In this document: in pieces, positions 58,381 through 64,000 of the stretch
Numbering within the stretch: the first letter of the stretch is position 1
Layout of the letters: every line of letters starts with the position of its first letter
DNA from: Escherichia coli
Lineage (GTDB): Bacteria; Pseudomonadota; Gammaproteobacteria; Enterobacterales; Enterobacteriaceae
Assembly (NCBI RefSeq): GCF_003019035.1
Contig: NZ_CP027447.1
Strand: one strand, 5' to 3'
Length of the DNA: 64,000 nucleotides
The notes under the pieces: model-generated
Seen by the model: the letters and a program-made list of their open reading frames with translations, nothing else
What the model was told of the DNA's origin: nothing
Database searches by the model: none
Translations under genes and position numbers: made by a program

Positions 58381-61300
58381 ATGAGCGGAAAACCGGCGGC
58401 GCGTCAGGGAGATATGACCCAGTATGGCGGTCCCATTGTCCAGGGTTCGGCAGGTGTAAGAATTGGCGCGCCCACCGGCGTGGCCTGTTCAGTGTGCCCG
58501 GGCGGAGTCACTTCCGGCAACCCGGTAAACCCGCTGCTGGGAGCGAAGGTGCTGCCCGGTGAGACGGATGTTGCGCTGCCCGGTCCGCTGCCGTTCATTC
58601 TCTCCCGCACCTACAGCAGCTACCGGACCCGGACGCCTGCACCGGTGGGCGTTTTCGGCCCCGGCTGGAAAGCGCCTTCTGATATCCGCTTACAGCTACG
58701 TGATGACGGACTGATACTCAACGACAACGGCGGGCGGAGCATTCACTTTGAGCCGCTGCTGCCGGGGGAGGCGGTGTACAGCCGCAGCGAGTCAATGTGG
58801 CTGGTGCGTGGCGGTAAGGCAACGCAGCCGGACGGCCACACGCTGGCACGGCTGTGGGCGTCGCTGCCGCCGGATATCCGGTTAAGCCCGCATCTTTACC
58901 TGGCGACCAACAGCGCACAGGGGCCGTGGTGGATACTCGGCTGGTCAGAGCGGGTGCCGGGTACTGAGGACGTACTGCCAGCGCCGCTGCCGCCGTACCG
59001 GGTGCTTACCGGGCTGGCGGACCGCTTCGGGCAGACGCTGACGTACCGGCGTGAGGCCGCCGGTGACCTGGCCGGGGAAATCACCGGCGTGACGGACGGT
59101 GCCGGGCGGAAGTTCCGTCTGGTGCTGACCACACAGGCGCAGCGGGCGGAAGAGGCCCGTAAACAGCACACCGCTTCCTTATCTTCCCCTGACACCCCCC
59201 GCCCTCTTTCAGACTCAGCTTTCCCCGACACACTGCCCGGTACGGAATACGGCCCCGACAGGGGTATCCGCCTTTCGGCGGTGTGGCTGATGCACGACCC
59301 GGCATACCCGGAAAGCCTGCCCGGTGCGCCACTGGCGCGGTACACGTATACGGAAGCCGGTGAACTGCTGGCGGTATATGACCGCAGCAATACGCAGGTG
59401 CGCGCTTTCACGTATGACGTGCAGCACCCGGGCCGGATGGTGGGGCACCGTTATGCGGGAAGGCCGGAGATGCGCTACCGCTACGACAATACCGGGCGGG
59501 TGGTGGAGCAGCTGAACCCGGCAGGGTTAAGCTATCGCTATCTTTATGAGCAGGACCGCATCACCATCACGGACAGCCTGAACCGGCGAGAGGTGCTGCA
59601 TACAGAAGGCGGGGCCGGGCTGAAGCGGGTGGTGAAAAAAGAACTGGCGGACGGCAGCGTCACGCACAGCGGGTATGACGCGGCAGGAAGGCTCACGGCA
59701 CAGACGGACGCGGCGGGACGGCAGACAGAGTACGGTCTGAATGTGGTGTCAGGCGATATCACGGACATCACCACGCCGGACGGGCGGGAGACGAAATTTT
59801 ACTATAACGACGGGAACCAGGTGACGGCAGTGGTGTCCCCGGACGGGCTGGAGAGCCGCCGGGCGTATGATGAGCGGGACAGGCTGGTAACGGAGACATC
59901 GCGCAGTGGGGACGTCATCCGGTATGCTTATGATAATCCGCACAGTGAATTACCGGCCACGACAACAGATGCGACGGGCAGCACCCGGCAGATGACCTGG
60001 AGCCGCTACGGGCAGTTGCTGGCGTTCACCGACTGCTCGGGCTACCAGACCCGCTATGAGTACGACCGCTTCGGCCAGATGACGGCGGTCCACCGCGAGG
60101 AAGGCATCAGCCTTTACCGCCGCTATGACAACCGTGGCCGGTTAACCTCGGTGAAAGACGCACAGGCCCGTGAAACGCAGTATGAGTACAACGCCGCAGG
60201 CGACCTGACTGCCGTTATCACCCCGGATGGCAACCGGAGTGAGACACAGTACGATGGGTGGGGAAAGGCCATCAGCACCACGCAGGGCGGGCTGACGCGC
60301 AGTATGGAGTACGATGCTGCCGGACGTATCACCACGCTGACTAACGAGAACGGCAGCCACAGCGACTTTAGTTACGATGCGCTGGACCGCCTGATACAGC
60401 AGGGCGGCTTTGACGGGCGGACGCAACGTTATCATTATGACCTGACCGGAAAACTCACGCAGAGTGAAGATGAGGGGCTTGTCATCCTCTGGTACTACGA
60501 TGAATCGGACCGTATTACTCACCGCACGGTAAACGGTGAACCGGCAGAACAGTGGCGGTATGACGGCCACGGCTGGCTGAGAGAAATCAGCCACCTGAGC
60601 GAAGGCCACCGTGTTGCCGTCCACTATGGCTATGATAATAAAGGCCGCCTGACCAGTGAGCGCCAGACGGTGCATCACCCGGAGACGGGAGAGCTGCTCT
60701 GGCAGCATGAGACCGGACATGCGTACAACGAACAGGGGCTGGCAAACCGCGTCACGCCGGACAGTCTGCCGCCGGTGGAGTGGCTGACCTATGGTAGCGG
60801 TTATCTGGCAGGCATGAAGCTGGGCGGGACGCCGCTGCTGGAGTTCACGCGCGACCGCCTGCACCGTGAGACGGTGCGCAGCTTCGGCAGCATGGCAGGC
60901 AGTAATGCCGCATACGAACTGACCAGCACATACACCCCTGCAGGCCAGTTACAGAGTCAGCACCTGAACAGCCTGGTGTATGACCGTGACTACGGGTGGA
61001 ATGACAACGGAGACCTGGTGCGCATCAGCGGCCCGCGACAGACGCGGGAATACGGCTACAGCGCCACGGGCAGGCTGGAGAGTGTGCGCACCCTCGCACC
61101 GGACCTGGACATCCGCATCCCGTATGCCACGGACCCGGCGGGCAACCGGCTGCCGGACCCGGAGCTGCACCCGGACAGTACACTCACAGTGTGGCCGGAT
61201 AACCGCATCGCGGAGGATGCGCACTATGTCTACCGCCACGATGAATACGGCAGGCTGACGGAGAAGACGGACCGCATCCCGGCGGGTGTGATACGGACGG

Positions 61301-61989
61301 ACGACGAGCGGACCCACCACTACCACTACGACAGCCAGCACCGCCTGGTGTTCTACACGCGGATACAGCATGGCGAGCCACTGGTCGAGAGCCGCTACGT
61401 CTACGACCCGCAGGGACGGCGAATGGCGAAACGGGTATGGCGGCGGGAGCGTGACCTGACGGGGTGGATGTCGCTGTCGCGTAAACCGGAGGTGACGTGG
61501 TACGGCTGGGACGGCGACCACCTGACGACGGTGCAGACCGACAGCACACGTATCCAGACGGTATACGAGCCGGGAAGCTTCACACCGCTCATCCGCATCG
61601 AAACAGACAACGGCGAGCGGGAGAAAACGCAGCGGCGGAGCCTGGCGGAGAAGCTCCAGCAGGAAGGGAGCGAGGACGGACACGGTGTGGTGTTCCCGGC
61701 TGAACTGGTGAGGATGCTGGACAGGCTGGAGGAAGAAATCCGGGCAGACCGCGTGAGCGGTGAAAGCCGGACGTGGCTTGCACAGTGCGGGCTGGCGGTG
61801 GAGCAACTGGAAAAACAGGTGGAGCCGGAATACACGCCGGAACGCACACTGCATCTTTACCACTGCGACCATCGGGGACTGCCGCTGGCGCTTATCAGCG
61901 AAGACGGCAATACGGTGTGGAGCGCGGAGTATGATGAATGGGGAAACCTGCTTAATGAGGAGAACCCGCATCATGTGTATCAGTCATAG
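58381..61989 (+). CDS. rhs: PAAR-domain Rhs protein, core region, terminated by in-frame TAG
   Basis: 1202-aa ORF; N-terminal PAAR-like region ([42 protein letters not shown]) then YD/RHS repeats; ends ...[11 protein letters not shown] at TAG 61987-61989. Confidence 0.9.
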   Translation: MSGKPAARQGDMTQYGGPIVQGSAGVRIGAPTGVACSVCPGGVTSGNPVNPLLGAKVLPGETDVALPGPLPFILSRTYSSYRTRTPAPVGVFGPGWKAPSDIRLQLRDDGLILNDNGGRSIHFEPLLPGEAVYSRSESMWLVRGGKATQPDGHTLARLWASLPPDIRLSPHLYLATNSAQGPWWILGWSERVPGTEDVLPAPLPPYRVLTGLADRFGQTLTYRREAAGDLAGEITGVTDGAGRKFRLVLTTQAQRAEEARKQHTASLSSPDTPRPLSDSAFPDTLPGTEYGPDRGIRLSAVWLMHDPAYPESLPGAPLARYTYTEAGELLAVYDRSNTQVRAFTYDVQHPGRMVGHRYAGRPEMRYRYDNTGRVVEQLNPAGLSYRYLYEQDRITITDSLNRREVLHTEGGAGLKRVVKKELADGSVTHSGYDAAGRLTAQTDAAGRQTEYGLNVVSGDITDITTPDGRETKFYYNDGNQVTAVVSPDGLESRRAYDERDRLVTETSRSGDVIRYAYDNPHSELPATTTDATGSTRQMTWSRYGQLLAFTDCSGYQTRYEYDRFGQMTAVHREEGISLYRRYDNRGRLTSVKDAQARETQYEYNAAGDLTAVITPDGNRSETQYDGWGKAISTTQGGLTRSMEYDAAGRITTLTNENGSHSDFSYDALDRLIQQGGFDGRTQRYHYDLTGKLTQSEDEGLVILWYYDESDRITHRTVNGEPAEQWRYDGHGWLREISHLSEGHRVAVHYGYDNKGRLTSERQTVHHPETGELLWQHETGHAYNEQGLANRVTPDSLPPVEWLTYGSGYLAGMKLGGTPLLEFTRDRLHRETVRSFGSMAGSNAAYELTSTYTPAGQLQSQHLNSLVYDRDYGWNDNGDLVRISGPRQTREYGYSATGRLESVRTLAPDLDIRIPYATDPAGNRLPDPELHPDSTLTVWPDNRIAEDAHYVYRHDEYGRLTEKTDRIPAGVIRTDDERTHHYHYDSQHRLVFYTRIQHGEPLVESRYVYDPQGRRMAKRVWRRERDLTGWMSLSRKPEVTWYGWDGDHLTTVQTDSTRIQTVYEPGSFTPLIRIETDNGEREKTQRRSLAEKLQQEGSEDGHGVVFPAELVRMLDRLEEEIRADRVSGESRTWLAQCGLAVEQLEKQVEPEYTPERTLHLYHCDHRGLPLALISEDGNTVWSAEYDEWGNLLNEENPHHVYQS

Positions 61990-62598
61990 CGTCTGCCGGG
62001 GCAGCAGCATGATGAGGAGTCGGGGCTGTATTATAACCGGAACCGGTACTACAATCCGTTGCTGGGGAGGTATATTACCCAGGATCCAATTGGGCTGGAG
62101 GGGGGATGGAACCTGTATAATTACCCACTGAATCCGATAATAAGGATGGATCCTTTGGGTTTGTATAATTTATATCAATTATTATATGATGTTTGGCATG
62201 ATGATTCATATGGAACATCATCAATTGATATTACTGGCAGTGGAGATCTAATATCATTAGGTGGTCATGCAGGACTTGGCGTTGCGTTTGCTAAAAAGAA
62301 AGGTGAAATGTTATCTGATATTTGTATTTATGCTACAGCATGCGGACATGCAGGAATTGGTGGTGGGATAAATGCGGCTATCACATATTCTGAGACCAAG
62401 TCTTTACCTACATCGGGAGTCAGCAATTCAGTAGGTGTAACGGTTGGCGGCGGAGTTGGGGGGCATTTTGCGTATACTTATGTAGTGGATGTTGATAATC
62501 CAGAATCATCGACAGAATCTGTTGGTATCGGTGCAGGTGTTGACGCTTCAGTTATGACTCTGGCTTGTAGAACGTGGCAAGAATGCTGGGTCAATTAA
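61990..62598 (+). other. Rhs C-terminal region in frame with the core: conserved junction (DPxGL motif) plus glycine-rich candidate toxin domain
   Basis: Same frame as 58381 ORF; [58 protein letters not shown] then an AT-rich, Gly-rich tail; track ORF 62059 begins at TTG, no ATG. Confidence 0.6.
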
Positions 62599-62609
62599 CA
62601 GGAGGAAAT

Positions 62610-63005
62610 ATGAAAGAATATATATTTTTAGTTTTATTTTTATTGTGTGGTTGTTCTCCAGTGGACATAGAGCCAGCTAGACAAGAAGTTAATATCTTTC
62701 GTGGTTTATATCAGACAGGAAAATACAGTGATATATATAAAATCACTTCAAGTGATTTTCAGACTGCCACATCTGAAAAAAAATTTATCGACATAATGAG
62801 CGAAGCAAAAGGAAAAGATCTTGGGACTTATAAAAAATCAACCCTTAAAACTGAAAAAATCACTCGCGGATTATTTTCAAACGATGAAATTACATTGATA
62901 TATTTCTCAGAATATTCAAAAAGAATTGTCCAAGAGGTTTTTGTGTTTAATGTTGAAGACAAAAAAGTAAAATTAAAAGGTTATAGGTATGATTCGATTA
63001 ATTAA
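62610..63005 (+). CDS. Putative lipoprotein, candidate Rhs immunity protein
   Basis: ORF 62574-63005; ATG at 62610 behind AGGAGG; MKEYIFLVLFLLCGCSP lipoprotein signal; AT-rich; immediately after the Rhs C-terminal domain. Confidence 0.6.
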   Translation: MKEYIFLVLFLLCGCSPVDIEPARQEVNIFRGLYQTGKYSDIYKITSSDFQTATSEKKFIDIMSEAKGKDLGTYKKSTLKTEKITRGLFSNDEITLIYFSEYSKRIVQEVFVFNVEDKKVKLKGYRYDSIN

Positions 63006-63297
63006 ATTTTTTGATGATGACTTCAATTAGTAGAACATGTATTTTTCGATAAAAGCACCGATGACTTTTTCATGAAGTTCTACAGAGCGCGAGAAACAGA
63101 TGGTTCTGCGAGTCAGACGTTTGATTCAGGTTCTCAGGGGCAGATTCAGGGACAGGGAAAGATCATCAGAAGTTCACTTTTTGCACTAAATAATTCGCAT
63201 TTTATGTTTAAAAATTGAGATATTTCTCATTACCTGAAACTGTTTTTTTATTGCTTATACATGATCAAATACTCCTTACATAATTAAGGAGAACAAA

Positions 63298-64000
63298 ATG
63301 GAACTTAAAAAATTGATGGAACATATTTCTGTTATCCCCGATTACAGACAAGCCTGGAAAGTGGAACATAAATTATCGGATATTCTACTGTTGACTATTT
63401 GTGCCGTTATTTCGGGTGCAGAAGGCTGGGAAGATATAGAGGATTTTGGGGAAACACATCTCGATTTTTTGAAGCAATATGGTGATTTTGATAATGGTAT
63501 TCCTGTTCACGATACCATTGCCAGAGTTGTATCCTGTATCAGTCCTGCAAAATTTCACGAGTGCTTTATTAACTGGATGCGTGACTGCCATTCTTCAGAT
63601 GATAAAGACGTCATCGCAATTGATGGAAAAACACTCCGGCATTCTTATGACAAGAGTCGCCGCAGGGGAGCGATTCATGTCATTAGTGCGTTCTCAACAA
63701 TGCACAGTCTGGTCATCGGACAGATCAGGACGGATGAGAAATCCAATGAGATTACAGCTATCCCTGAACTTCTTAACATGGTGGATATTAAAGGAAAAAT
63801 CATCACAACTGATGCGATGGGTTGCCAGAAAGATATAGCAGAGAAGATACAAAAACAGGGCGGTGATTATTTATTCGCTGTAAAAGGAAATCAGGGTCGG
63901 CTAAATAAAGCCTTTGAGGAAAAATTCCCACTGAAAGAATTAAATAATCCAGAACATGACAGTTACGCAATTAGTGAAAAGAGTCACGGCAGAGAAGAAA
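63298..64000 (+). mobile_element. ISAs1-family transposase (H-repeat-associated protein), 5' part; continues beyond window
   Basis: ATG at 63298 behind AAGGAG; [58 protein letters not shown]... matches E. coli H-rpt proteins; typical position downstream of Rhs elements. Confidence 0.85.

Noticed and set aside
58404-61974. Minus-strand ORFs up to 341 aa within the Rhs gene (e.g. 60142-60864, 60949-61974)
   Set aside because: Antisense to the Rhs repeat region; Arg/Pro/Ala-rich translations typical of GC-rich antisense frames.
62059-62598. Track ORF annotated as a separate 179-aa protein starting MLGRYITQ
   Set aside because: The first codon is TTG inside the conserved Rhs junction and in frame with the Rhs core; treated as the Rhs C-terminal region after an in-frame TAG, not an independent gene.

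Overview
The window reads as an Escherichia coli-type chromosomal segment in two parts. Positions 1-32213 are conserved core genome in the familiar order rnhB (3' end), dnaE, accA, ldcC, yaeR, tilS, rof, yaeP, yaeQ, arfB, nlpE, yaeF, proS, tsaA, rcsF, metQ-metI-metN, gmhB, a complete rRNA operon (16S, tRNA-Ile, tRNA-Ala, 23S, 5S, tRNA-Asp; rrnH-like), dkgB, yafC, yafD, yafE, mltD, gloB, yafS, rnhA, dnaQ and tRNA-Asp (aspV). From 32214 to the window end lies an accessory island: a complete type VI secretion system (T6SS) whose gene order mirrors the Vibrio cholerae vipA-vasL cluster but has no vasH sigma-54 activator. The main operon is on the minus strand (tssB, tssC, tssE, tssF, tssG, FHA/tagH, tssJ, tssK, tssL, clpV, vasI-like, tssA, tssM, vasL-like), followed co-directionally by an Hcp paralog, a 309-aa membrane-anchored candidate effector and a small membrane protein. 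On the plus strand are hcp, vgrG and a PAAR-Rhs gene whose core is separated from a glycine-rich C-terminal toxin domain by a single in-frame TAG, then a lipoprotein immunity candidate and a partial ISAs1-family (H-repeat) transposase. The items most worth follow-up are the Hcp-paralog/effector/membrane-protein module, the Rhs toxin-immunity pair with its in-frame stop, and a TssC-N-terminus-like fragment ORF between tssB and tssC. All calls come from reading the sequence and the supplied ORF translations against remembered protein families; no database search was run.
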